Below the pieces are notes generated by a model, which searched no databases, had not been told where the DNA came from, and worked only from the letters and a program-made list of their open reading frames with translations. DNA of 64,000 nucleotides. Origin: Vicugna vicugna. Lineage: Eukaryota. Numbering within the stretch: the first letter of the stretch is position 1; each line of letters opens with the position of its first letter. The stretch is taken from NCBI GenBank assembly GCA_013265495.1, contig MU058531.1, positions 2,976,911-3,040,910 of the forward strand, in the 5' to 3' direction. Positions 38,717 to 50,680 of this stretch are shown piece after piece. The position numbers and the translations under genes are program-made.

Positions 38717-40736
38717 TTTGGAGAAGGTTTTTAGAAAGAGTTGTGGACCCTTGGGGGCTTTAAGAAATGGTCCTGGGGTCATCTACTTTTCTGGCCTCCC
38801 TCCCGGTACATTTTCCCATCACAAGTATAAGAATTAGAGACCAAGTCACACTCAGAGCTGGAATCTTTTTCTTCTGATGGCTGCTTCAACATATCTGCCG
38901 ATATATGTTACCCACCAATGTACTGGAATGAGGGGTCCCTGATGGGCAGAAGTCTGAGTACAAGCAAAGCCTGCATGGATTTCCCAAAGAGCCGTGATCA
39001 CCACATTGCCAATATTCAGACGATCCTTGATAGACAGATTTCTTTCCAATCACCAAATGTGGAAAGCTCTAATCAACTTTCTTCCATCAGGTGTGCACGG
39101 GGGGGATGAGGATGGACTAACAAGTTTTTAGAATGCCCAGTGCATTTGTGAGCCATCTAAACAAAACAGGAAAAGGAAGCAACATTCTCATTCCCCCTTT
39201 CAAGGTACAAATATAGGTAAAGCATCCTTCCCTGCTTCAGTTGTCTAAGAGTTTTCTTGAGCCTTTGTAACCACTCAGCTGTTTGCAGTTGAGTAAAAAG
39301 GACTACATCTTTAGTGTTTTAGAAGGATGTTTCTAAACCTAAGTTTTCTCCTCTGTGTAATGGGAAAAATAATAATATGCATTTCAACAAGGTTGCAGTG
39401 AACACTCTATGAGATAAAGTATGTAAAGGGCTTCCTGGCACAGAATAAATGCTCAGTGAATTTCAGATATTACTATTTTCTGTTATACTGAATAGGAAGT
39501 TGAGTGACTATTTGATTGTATTTTAAGTTTGACCATGCGATTATGATCCATGTTGGGAAATGATAAATATTCTTTGCCTTTGCTTAGTATAGCATTCAAT
39601 AAATGTTGGTTAAATGGACAAATGAATGAATGAATGATGCTATGGAAAATGATACTTCTTCTGGGCAGTGTTTAAGATATCTTGCCCACCAAAAATCAGT
39701 GGTGTGGTCTTTTTACACAAAAGGTGCTTCTCAAAAATCTGTCCTGCATGCCCAGAAGTGCTTAGGGCTCTTGTTTTCTAAATAGTTTTGTCCTATAGTC
39801 AAGCAGGCACAGGATATTTGTGTTTGGGAGGATGGATAGATAGATCTCTTTTCATTGACCTATTTACTCATTGGAAGAAATTGTTGCAGCCACTCTTAGT
39901 GACTATCTAGTGAGGTCCCAACAGGTTGCGTGGTTTGTAGTTAGTGTCAAACATTTGGATTCAGCACAACAGCATGATAGCAGCAAAGTCACAAACCTTC
40001 ACACTCTTCTGCGCCATCTCAGTGGTTTTCCATCTTGAATTGATGGCTGTGGCTGCATCTTTGTTCTGGTGCTGTAGTGTGCTTACCTGGAGGAGAGGCA
40101 CATGAGGACAGAGTTCCCGAGTCTGGGCACCAGCCACTGTCCCGGAGTAAGCCATGGCCGCCTTGATGCAGCTTGGCACATTTCAGACATTTGAACATCC
40201 CCCATGTGAATACTTAATGCCTTAATGTAGACCCTGTTGCCTTTAGCAGACAGTGTGACTGCACTGAAACTTCCTTCCTGGTTCTGTATGCTTGTGTGTA
40301 GCATGTCACTTCCAATCTATGTAACTTTTCAGGGGTCAGATTTTTCTTCATGAAGGACTTGGCAGAGAAAGCTCAAAACCTATTTGCAGCTCAGTCCAGG
40401 GATGTAGCAAGAGCACTGGACCTGGAGTCCTGGAGTCTTGAAGTCACGCCCCGAAACTGACTCTAGCTCTTCCCAGCCGAGGACCTGTGGCCTGTGTGCC
40501 TCCCCTGGAGAATGGAATTATAATTATGGTGATTCTGAGAGTCAGAGGCAAATTATTTGTAAGGGAGCTGTGTAGGCAGTGAAAGGGATTCTGGGATTTC
40601 TTGTGATACTGGTTGTGTAACAGCATAACACAACCGCATTAACACAGCAGTGTAACAGTGCTCCCAGGTGGGACTGAGCTTAAGGCCAAGGAAGAAGCCA
40701 GCGTTTAAATGACCCTCTCTTCCCTCTCGTGACTAG

Positions 40737-40865
40737 GAGATTCTGATTTGCACACTGGTTTGGCCCAGCATTGCCGGAGAAATCTCCTGGGATGTGTCAT
40801 TTGTGACTTTGAACTTTTTGGTCCCGGGACTACTTATTGTGATCAGCTACTCCAAAATTTTACAG
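40737..40865 (+). CDS. FFAR4: FFAR4 exon 2 (129 nt; EILICTLVWPSIAGEISWDVSFVTLNFLVPGLLIVISYSKILQ, ECL2-TM5)
   Basis: Pyrimidine tract then gactAG at 40735-40736, donor CAG|GTAAGT at 40866, phase 0/0. Translated by hand because this frame is not in the ORF track. Confidence 0.96.
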
Positions 40866-41296
40866 GTAAGTTTGCTTCAAGAGCCATGGCTGAACTTCAC
40901 TCGGGCTTGGGGTATTTCAGGTGGAATCTTAGCATTTCTAGGTCAGAAGTTACATTAGAATTCACACCAATCCAATCCTGGTTCACTGCCCAGATCCCTC
41001 CCTCTGCAACACGAAGGAACAAGAGTTCAGTCATTTCTTAAAGTCGTATCTTTGTGATTGTTATTATTATTGTTTGTTTTTGAAATGAACAATAATAGTA
41101 TTTTTGTTGAACACTAAAGTGATACAAACTCATTAAAAAAAATTAAAGACATAGAAATGTGTAACACAGATACCAAATATCTAATCTACCCCCATTGTTA
41201 ACAACTTAAAGTACATTTTTCAAGTTATTTTTCTTTAAATTTACATATATATACATACTCCTATTCAATGTGTGTATGTGTATATATAAACACACA

Positions 41297-41336
<40 letters not shown>

Positions 41337-41428
41337 AAATCCCACTAAATGGTCAACTACAAAATATCAACTATTACCAGGGTTCAGCCCAATGTTTGTT
41401 TTCAGATTTGAGATAATATTATCTGCTC

Positions 41429-41514
41429 TATTACTTCCTTTTTTTCTATTAGCTTGTAGCGCAACATCTCTTATTACTTCCTTTTTTTCTATTAGCTTGT
41501 AGCGCAACATCTCT
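41429..41514. repeat. Perfect 43-bp tandem duplication
   Basis: 41429-41471 is identical to 41472-41514. Confidence 0.95.
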
Positions 41515-41887
41515 CTGTATCAGTTCCTGTATCTCTGCCTCATTATTTTTATTGGCTTCATGGTCGTCCATCATACAGGTGTGATATAATTTATTTTATG
41601 GGCTTTTGGGTTGTGTCCATTGTTCCCCGTCACGAACAGCAACGTGGTGGTAAAGAAGGTACACTTTTAAAAACTTTTATTGAAGTACAATATAAGTACA
41701 GGAAAGCACACCCAGCATATGCACACAGGTCACAAAAACTGACCACACTCCCAGAAGCAGCACCCAGAAACAGACCATTACCAGATGCCCCTCCTGTACC
41801 TTTCAAAAGTGCCCTGAAACAGGAAATGATCTCTACCTTTGAAGCGAATATGTACAGGAATGTAAGAAAGACTTGTCAGTCTGTTTC

Positions 41888-42009
41888 ATTTTGAGGGGGG
41901 GTGATTAGGTTTGACTGTTTATTTATTTAATGCAGGGACTGGGGATTGAACCTGGGGCCTTGCACATGCTAAGCACAGGCTCTACCACTGAGCTATACCC
42001 ACCCCTGAG
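41888..42009 (-). mobile_element. tRNA-derived SINE, Vic-1 (camelid) type
   Basis: Minus strand reads gggtatagctcagtggtagag...ggttcaatccccag (A and B boxes). Flanks tgtCAgtctgtttc and tgtTGgtctgtttc are consistent with a TSD showing CpG decay. Confidence 0.85.
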
Positions 42010-43744
42010 TGTTGGTCTGTTTCTTACCTCTTGAGGCAGCCCATCTGCATATGCAGCGCTGGCCCAGGCCCACGGCATCTATGTGTGTTCGTGCTCATTG
42101 TAGAAGGTTCACTGCAAGACCTCTCTGAGGTTTACAGTTGTTGAATCTTGGTTTTATAGCATATAATGGGTCATTTGGCAAACAAGCATATTGAAGTGGA
42201 GCCCTGTAGGTCCTGCTCCCTGTCTGGCCACTTTTATGGCCCTTTCTTTGTAGCTGAGGATCTGTCACCTTCTCAGATGCTTAGGACCCAAAGCCAGGCC
42301 AACCTCCATCCTGGTCTTCTAATCCCCAGTCCTGTGTGAGATGACCCCCATGTTATTCCCCACCAATTGACTTGTGACCCCTGTAAGTGACTCCCTGCCT
42401 GGACTTGTTCAAGGGTGTGGGGCAGATTCAGACCTAGAGTTGAGTGCTTGTCTGTCAGGTGCTTGCGGTGGGTGGCTGGCATATGTAAATACTATGTAAG
42501 TGTTAGTTACTATCATTACGTTAAAAGAAAAGAAGTGAGAGGGAAAGGAAGAGAAATGTAGAATGAATTTTTAAAAAAATTAACAAATATTTATGTGATA
42601 TTTACCATGTGTCAGGAACTAACTCATTAATTCTAGCCAGAATTACAGATGAGGAAACCCAGGCAAGAGAGGTTGAGTAACTTGTGAAAAGTCACACAGC
42701 TCTTAAGCAGCACTATCAGGACTTAAACCCAGGCAGTCTGGCCCCAGAGTCCTAACACTTGAATTCCTCAGACTTTTGCTAAGGATCTGCTCTATGCGAA
42801 GTGTTGGAGGGGAGTAGAGAGTGGTCAGAAGTGAGCAGGTCACATTTTCTATCTAGAAGGAGCTTTAACACAGGAAAGGGAAGAGGGAGACAGACAATGG
42901 TGCTGCTACTCAATGCAGTGAAACCCTGAGACACAAGAAGGAGTGATGCTGAGACTTTGAAGCTGTTAAATGCTACACAAATGTACAGAATGAATAGGGA
43001 GAAAAGAAAGTCAAGCAAAAGGCTATGAAAGACAGACACGGAGACACGAAAGTGTTATTTTAGTAACATGGCATTCAGTCCTGAATCTGCCACTTACTTG
43101 ATGTGTGGCTTTTGGCAAGTTACTTACCTTCTCTGAACCTCCATTTCCTCATCTGCAAAATAACGATCATAACTCCAACAGTTTAAGAATTTTGTGAGAC
43201 ACGTAGGAGATACTACTGGTGGAACTATGGTGAGTGTTGTGCCTGCCTGTAGCAGGGGATGAATAAAGTATATCTGTTGTTATCTGTTAGGCAAGGCTGT
43301 TCTAATTCTCCCAGAGCATGTAGGGAAAAGGTCCAGCTGAGATTTTTGAGAGAATAAACAGCAGGGCTCAGGTTTGGAGTATGGCAAGAACAAGGGTCCA
43401 GTGCGGAGGAGGGCTGGTTAGAAGCTGGCAGTGGCATCCAACATCTGGTTGGGCTCCTGAGTCCCACTCCTGAGTCCCTTGGAGGCTGAGGGCTTTGATC
43501 TGCCCGTTTTCACTCTTGCCTCATCCTTCTCAGCTGCCTTCTGAGAGAGGACTGACTTACTCTATGGAAAGTTTTCCCAATCCCTCCATCTTTTCCTCAG
43601 GCCAGGGCCTGCCTGGAAACATCCTAGGGGATCTTGAGTCCTGATGAGTTGGGGGAGGTGTCCCCTTATCCACCTGCCTCTAACTGCAGCTCCAGCTACT
43701 CTGCATAGAAACCCATGGCTGGTCTTCAGTTCTTCCCATCCCAG

Positions 43745-43797
43745 ACCCCAGGACAGCTCCTGGATGAATCAGAGTATCTATCATGACTCACAGTGAT
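43745..43797 (+). pseudogene. Disabled counterpart of the cassette exon giving the human long FFAR4 isoform
   Basis: After ttcttcccatcccAG it reads TPGQLLD...(frameshift)...IMTHSD, compared with the recalled human insert TSEHLLDARAVVTHSE. It is 53 nt, has an in-frame TGA at 43784 and no GT at 43798. Confidence 0.65.
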
Positions 43798-43829
43798 GAA
43801 ACAGTGCTCTGAGTAGTGAGTCAAAGGTA

Positions 43830-44330
43830 TAATTTAGATACCATCACTTCCCTCACACATGGAGGAAAATCTAAAACCTTCACTTTAAGGCCCTATGTCA
43901 TCTGGGCCCTGTCTGCCCCCTCACTTCCTCTTCTCCACCTCCTTCGTGTCCAGTGGGCCTTGGGGCTATTCCTCACACATGCCAATGCACTGCTGCCTCA
44001 GGACCTCTGCACCTGTCATTTCTTCTCCCAGATCTGTCCTCTAGACTTCTGCATGGGCACTTCATTTAGGTCTCTGCTCAGAAGCCTCTTCTTCAGGAAG
44101 ACTCCTCATCTTTCTCCAGTCCCTCACTGCAACTTCTCTTCAAAGCACTTCCAACCCATGTCATATTCCCTTTGTGTGCATTTACTTGCTTATCATCTGT
44201 CTTGCCCAGTAGAATGCAACCTCCACAAGGGTAGAGACTTTGTTTTGTTTCCTGCCATAGCCACATGCCTAGAACAGAGCCTGGCTTATTCATTGTCGGT
44301 GCTCAACAGACACTCACTGAAGGAGTAAGA
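43830..44330. mobile_element. L2 LINE 3' fragment
   Basis: cctcaggacctctgcacctg...agaatgcaacctccacaagggtagagactttg...gcctagaacagagcctggc, typical of the L2 3' end. Confidence 0.65.
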
Positions 44331-45094
44331 CACAAGCTTGGATCACATGGAAAGGGCCAACAGCTCCTTCTCCTTTGGGGTTTTGGGAAAACCACTGGAC
44401 AAAGAGTCATAAGACCCGGATTCTAGTCCAAGCTTTATTACTGCGTGTCCTTAGGCAAGTCACTGAACGAGTCGCGTGAGTTTCCTCTAGCCAAAAGGGC
44501 CTCGGGGTCTTGTTTAACACAATAAAATGAGCGTGCAGATACGGTAATGTTTTGAACAGACCGGTAGACTTTCATATGAAAGACATCTAGTGTGATTTTG
44601 AAAAATCACAACATTAATGCCAGTATAAGATGTAAAAAAAATTACTTTTCACCCCACTGGCAAAGCTGACTACTGCCCATTCCCCAGGAGGACTAGGACA
44701 CGTGGCCTCACTTTGCACCCGTGGGCAACTGGGCAGCAGGAAAGCCGTCAGGCAGAGTCTGGGCAGGTCCCAGAGCCTAAGTCTCTCCCACTGAAGCTCC
44801 TGATAACTCAGACACTGACTCTGACTTTCTGCCGAGCTTTTTCTGTCAAGAGCATAACTCTGCAAAATCAAAGGATCATCAGTGTTAATTAGCTATAGTC
44901 CTAGAGATACAATTAGCAAATCACTTGAAGCCCCTGGACAGGTAACTCTAGCACCCACCCCTTTCCCACCAGCCCCACTCCTCACCTATTGCTACTGCCT
45001 CTAACTCAGTTTCCATCTCTAGGCCTGAGAAGTGCCTCTTTCAAACCACCCTGACTTTTATTCCTCACAAGCAGAGTCTCCCCTAACGTGCTCT

Positions 45095-45280
45095 CTAGGA
45101 CTGCATGGGACTTGAGATGTTAGAAGGGGTTCCATGATCAAAGGAGTTTGGGAAATGCTGGGTTAATCAACGTTTAATGGGTTTCTTTGCTGCAGACCTT
45201 CTCAGAGCCTTTATTATGCTAAAGTACTTTGAGAATCTTCAACTCCGGAATAGAGTAGGCAGCGTTGCTAAATCTGACTG
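45095..45280. mobile_element. MER103-like DNA transposon fragment
   Basis: gtttgggaaatgctgggttaa...ctgcagaccttctcagagcctttattatgctaa; assigned from memory. Confidence 0.55.
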
Positions 45281-47092
45281 CAGATCCCCTTTGCCCCACA
45301 GAGCGTTGCTTGGGGCTGGTGTTCCCAGGACTCTTCTTTGGGAACCGCTGCTCTCAAGTCCCCACCCTGGTTGCTGGTTCTGCTCTGGGTAAGCATGGAG
45401 AGCAGGTTTCATCGGGGCTCTTCCCTTCCGGGGGCCACTTCAGTTGCTCAGGGCAATGACCTTTTCCACCCTCTGCCTCTCCTGCTTCCGCTGTCCTCAT
45501 GACTCAGGTGTACTGTGTATCTCCAGTGACTTTTTCCAATCAACGGTTTCCCAGGGTAATAGTCTCCAGGCCACTCCCTAGTGCCTTTGATCAGGCTGTC
45601 CACACTTGCTGGTGGGGCTTGGTTTACATTGTCACCCAGCAACCAACACCATGGTGAGATGAGACGCTTCCACACTTTGCTTTGCAACAGCTTGTAGGTT
45701 TCTTGGTCCCCCCTCCCGCTCCCCCACATACACATTAGAACGGAAGTTCAGGGCAGGCAGGGCTCCTTTGTTTCCTGTTGTGCATCTAGCACCTGTAAGA
45801 GTGCTGGGCACGTAATAGGGGCTCAATAAATATTTGTTCAATGAGAGAGTGAGTATGTGGCCTGAAGCTGGAAAACCGTCAATGTCTCTCAGGGTTTCAC
45901 CAAGAAATGAAATCCCTTTCAGCTAAACGTGAAGATGTTAGGAGGTGAACACAAAACTTTTCCTTTTTCCACACCTGGCCCTCATTCCTCAGCTTTGGGG
46001 CCTGCTTGTTGGTGATGGAAGGGAGGTGCACCCTCTGGAAGGATGGAGTCTATTATCTGATGATTCCAATCAGGGGGTTGTGGATTGACCACGCAGGCCC
46101 CAGAGGAGACCCACCCCCAGAGGCCCCAGCCAAGCCGGGTCAGTGAGAGTGGCCTCTCCCATTACCCACCACCCATCTGCAGCCGTGGTCTGGTGACTGG
46201 GGTGGAAGAGGGGTTTGAGGTGGAGCAAAGCCTCACTCATAGCCTTCAGATGCTCATGTGGCAGTGAGTCTCAGTTTAAAAGTGACTCTTTAAAGGACTG
46301 AGGGCAAAGCTCCAAACGCATTGTCCTGGATGAGTAGTTCTCATTCTTGAATTATTGAGATTTGAGTATGTTTGAGTTTATGGAAAGTGAAGATTTCTGG
46401 GCCCACTGGGACCCTCAGAATCAGAGTATCTGAAGGTGGGCCCAAGCATTTGTATTTTATTGAGAGCCAGTGACCCTGATGTGAGTGGCTGTGGCCCACA
46501 TTCTGGGAAGCACTGTCTTCTGTCCCCGCAGCAGCAGTGGTGTGCTCGGCAATGAAGAGTGTCCTCCCTGTGGTCCACTTCCCCCACTTGACTGTGAGAC
46601 CTTGAGCAAGTCACTTCACCTCTCAGAGCCCCCCTCTCTCATCCCCAGAACAATAGATCTGACCCCACAGGCTTCTTTGAAGGATTAAAATTCATCCTCA
46701 AAAGTTAATCAAACATTTAATTTGATCTAAAAGCACATCAAGCATTCAGCCAGCGGCAGAGACATTTTAAACCCTGGACAAAAGTCGACTAGTCCTATCA
46801 TCTGAACTGGGGGAGAGAGCAAGGGATGTTTAATTATAATGAGCCCATTTTCCCTCTCACCTCCCTGAGAATTGTGGGAACTGCAGATGGAGGAAAATGG
46901 TAGCATCAGTCAGTGCTAAAAAAAAAGAGCCAACCACATATTCACTTAGCCCATGAGTCAGTCCGGTTCCTTGCCTGCTCACAGTCATTGTCAGGTACTT
47001 GCCAGAGCCCTGGGCCACAGAAGCCACAGGGCTGCCCAGCTCCCCAGAGAGCTGCCATCTGGTGGGAGTCAGAGGAAAGGATGATGCTTCAA

Positions 47093-47240
47093 GAGGGGAG
47101 GGTATAGCTCAGTGGTAGAATGTGAGCTTAGCATGTATGAGGTCCTGGGTTCGATCCCCAGTACATCCGTTAAAAAAATAATAAATAAACAAACAAACAA
47201 ACAAACCTAATTGCTTCCCTGGACCCCTCAAAAAAATTTA
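47093..47240 (+). mobile_element. tRNA-derived SINE, Vic-1 (camelid) type; TSD TGATGCTTCAA
   Basis: ggggagggtatagctcagtggtaga...cctgggttcgatccccag with A-rich tail; TSD copies at 47082-47092 and 47245-47255. Confidence 0.88.
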
Positions 47241-47409
47241 AGAGTGATGCTTCAACATCTCCCATACTCTATGTGGCAAGTGCCACGTGAGCACCTGAAA
47301 CCAAGCGCTGCAGGATGGAGTTCCTGGCATTAGAGCTTGGCGTTACAGGCTGGGCAGAAGGATGTCCTCTGATGGAGACATTAGAGGGTGGGAAGGAATT
47401 AGTTCACGA

Positions 47410-47635
47410 TGAAGAGCATGGGCTGGAGTCACACTGCCAAGGTTTGAAGCCCAGCTCTGCAGCTGCTTAGCCAGGTACTGCTGGGAAATTTCCTTAACCT
47501 CTTTGAGCCTCAGTTTCCTCCTCTGTAAAATGGGGATCATCAAAGACCATATGTCACTTGGGAGAATTGAAAGAGATAAGTCAAGTGATATGTAGAGAGC
47601 CTGGCATATAATAAGTGCTCAATAAATATGAACTG
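47410..47635. mobile_element. MIR SINE
   Basis: ttaacctctttgagcctcagtttcctcctctgtaaaatgggga...aagtgctcaataaat. Confidence 0.75.
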
Positions 47636-49286
47636 CCATCCACATTGTTTATTCAAAAAATATCTAAAAGACACTTTTGCAGGGACTCCATCCTTTTTGC
47701 CAGGACTCTGTGGGCAGCCCAAGCGATGAGGCTGCTATTGGAATCATGCCCACCAGGATGCACTTAGGCTACTCAGAAGTGGCACCATTTCCCCTGTAGC
47801 CTACCCATCTGCTGCTGGCCAGCTGTTACCCTCTCAGGTCTATCATCCGAGATCTCAGCTTTCACCTGAACACACATTCTAACTTTGATTCTACACAGCA
47901 CCTTCCAGCTTGGCTGTGCCAATGTGACCTCTAGCATGTGTGTCTGAGATGGGGGGTCAGATCTCCAGAGCAACCATCCCTCTGCAGAGCAGGCAGTGCA
48001 GGGGAGAGATGAAGAGGAAGGCAATCCTGTTGAAGCCTTTTATGATGTCACTAATCTTCTGCTCAACTGAGCTGGGTTTTCACTGATGGGGGCTTTGACC
48101 ATTTATCATCGGTGGAGTGATCTTCTACAAGTTATGCAAATTTCCTGAGATTCAGTGTCCTCATCTCTGAAGGGAGGATAACAATAGCACAAATCCAAAG
48201 AGCCGTTGTGAAGGTTAAATGTGACAATTTATAAAACAAATGTGTAGTACTGTGCCTGGAACACAGGAGCCCCCCCATAAAGTTTGGTGATCCCCATTCT
48301 TTTTGTTCTTGTTAGGAAGAAGGTGGGGAGGAAGGGGTCCTGTTCACTCAGCGTCTGTTTCCCTGGTCTCCATCACCAAGAGGTCGATCAAAACTACTGC
48401 ACAGAAGCAAATATGTTTAATCATAAGATAATTAAATGGCTATCCTTTCATTAGCTAGTTAGAAGTATTCTAAGAAGAATATTTTAAGGCATTCTGATCC
48501 TGGAGTTAAACTTGCCCAGACTGTGAATGAGTCTAATTACTTCCCCTCTGGGGATATCAAGAATCTTAGGGGAATGGTTCTAGGAAGGCCAGGGCAGAGC
48601 TAACGAGGAGAATTTTGGCCATGAAGTCGCCAGCCACGGTGTGGCCAGCAGTTTGCTCCTGCAGGAAAAGCCGAAGGACACAGGGCCAGACCAAGCCAAG
48701 GGGAGTTAGCAAGCCCCACGCAGGGGGCTGGACATTTGGAACTGGATCTCTTCCCTGGGACAGAGGTCACAGGCTGGAAGAGAGCACGTCAGCCTAGTAG
48801 GTACTCAGCCCCATCACTTCCTGGACTAACTGTGCACCAGTCTGCCCCCCCCGCCACCCCCCACAGCCCCTGCCCACACCCTCCCCTCCTGGCACCGTGA
48901 AAGCTGAGCAAGTGATCGGGACAGCAGGCCTTCTGCCTCTGGCTGTGCTTAGAGGACAATTAAAATTAGGCGCTAGTGCAGGACACTGCATGTATCCCCA
49001 GGGCAGCCTGAGCTGAGCCTGCGGCTCCTTAGAACCTCTGGGGAGGTCAGACTCTCCCAGCAGACCCTCTGCCCTGCGCCCTGCGCCCTGGAGACACACT
49101 TAAATGGCAGCCCCACCTTCTCTCTCACAGACTCACATTCTGTGGGACCCTTGCTCTCTGAAGTGAACACTTCCAAGGCTCCTATTCTCAAAGTACTTTG
49201 GCTAAACCCTCTCGGCTTCACCTAGATCCAACCCCATGACATCCCGCTGTAAACTGTGGCTCCGGCTCTGTCTTGTGTTCCTGCAG

Positions 49287-49676
49287 ATCACGAAGGCATC
49301 CAGGAAGAGGCTGACGATGAGCCTGGCGTACTCGGAGAGCCACCAGATCCGCGTGTCGCAGCAGGACTTCCGGCTCTTCCGCACCCTCTTCCTGCTCATG
49401 ATCTCCTTCTTCATCATGTGGAGCCCCATCATCATCACCATCCTCCTCATCCTCATCCAGAACTTCCAGCAGAACCTGGTCATCTGGCCGTCCCTCTTCT
49501 TCTGGGTGATGGCCTTCACGTTCGCCAACTCAGCCGTCAACCCCATTCTCTACAACTTGTCACTGTTCAGGAACGAATGGAGGAAAATTTTCCACTGCTG
49601 CTTCTTCCCAGAAAAGGGAGCCATGTTTACAGACACGTCTGTCAGAAGAAATGATCTGTCCGTTATTTCCAGCTAG
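49287..49676 (+). CDS. FFAR4: FFAR4 exon 3 (ITKASRKR...NPILYN...TDTSVRRNDLSVISS*); total protein 189+43+129 = 361 aa
   Basis: gttcctgcAG acceptor at 49285-49286; ORF 49236-49676 contains TM6/TM7, NPxxY and the C-terminal Ser/Thr cluster. Confidence 0.97.
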   Translation: MTKASRKRLTMSLAYSESHQIRVSQQDFRLFRTLFLLMISFFIMWSPIIITILLILIQNFQQNLVIWPSLFFWVMAFTFANSAVNPILYNLSLFRNEWRKIFHCCFFPEKGAMFTDTSVRRNDLSVISS

Positions 49677-49930
49677 TTACTGTTTCTCTATAGGCATGTA
49701 TTTGTCGCTCTCTGGCAAGTCGTGGTGTGTTTTCAAAGGGAGTTAATTTCCGGACCATTGCACCAGTGTACCTGCTTTAAGAAAATGTAACCTATGCAAA
49801 TACTTATTTACAGCGCCAGTAAATTAAGGGGTGATCATTCAGAATTACAATTTTATCCTTCGTAAAAGGATTTGCTGGGGATTCTTTCCAATATGAACTT
49901 TTTCAGTGTATTAGTAATAGGATTGAATTT

Positions 49931-49936
49931 AATAAA
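49931..49936 (+). terminator. FFAR4: Candidate proximal FFAR4 poly(A) signal AATAAA
   Basis: First AATAAA after the stop codon, in a T-rich context; use is not provable from sequence. Confidence 0.45.
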
Positions 49937-50680
49937 TTTTTATTTATAACTGTTCAGCAATCTCATCTCCTACGTAAAAGCCATACCTTACTGGTTTCTG
50001 AAGTGAGTCTTGGAACAGATCCAGGACCCAGATTTCTCCTCTGAAGCCTCATGGCCCCTCTAGCTCCCCACCCTAGACTTGCAAGGCCGCAGGATCATTC
50101 ATTAATGTCAAGAGTGCATGAAGAATTTCCAAGGAACACTTCAAGGTGACTTTATTTTTCATTTATAAAGAAATGCCATGGACCCCTTCAGGGGAAGCCT
50201 TGTCATGAAATCAGAGAGGAGACAGGATGATTCGAAACATTTGAAAGTGAGAACACGAGAGAGTCCTGTCATTGACCCACTTGTCAGATGCCTCTTAAAC
50301 GCGTGCTGTGGCTGGTGCTCTTGGTGCTGGGAAAGCAGCAGTGAACCGGACAGCTGTGACCCTGCCCTCATGGAACTCATTTCCCTTCTAGATGGGAGCA
50401 GAGAAACACCAAACACAAGTCAGGAGATAGTACAGTATTACCGAGTGAGTTAACATCGTGAAGAAAATAGGACAGTGATGGCAATGTAGGTGGGGTGTTG
50501 AGAGGTCTGGGATGACCTTTCAGAGCATGATGTTTGGGCTGAAAGGTAAACCATGAGAAAGAGCCAGCTGTGTGAACTCAGGGCAATGGGACTTTGCAGA
50601 TGGAGTGGATGCTGTGGCTGGAACAAAGAGGCTGGCGTACTTGTGGGACAGAAAGAAGACTGGTGGAAACGAAGTGAACT

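Noticed and set aside
47095..47170. tRNA-like sequences here and at about 41935-42005
   Set aside because: They are SINE heads with A-rich tails and TSDs, not tRNA genes.
49236..49286. In-frame ATG extension upstream of FFAR4 exon 3 (MTSRCKLWLRLCLVFLQ)
   Set aside because: This is the intron's pyrimidine tract and acceptor and does not resemble the human 16-aa insert, whose likely counterpart is at 43745.
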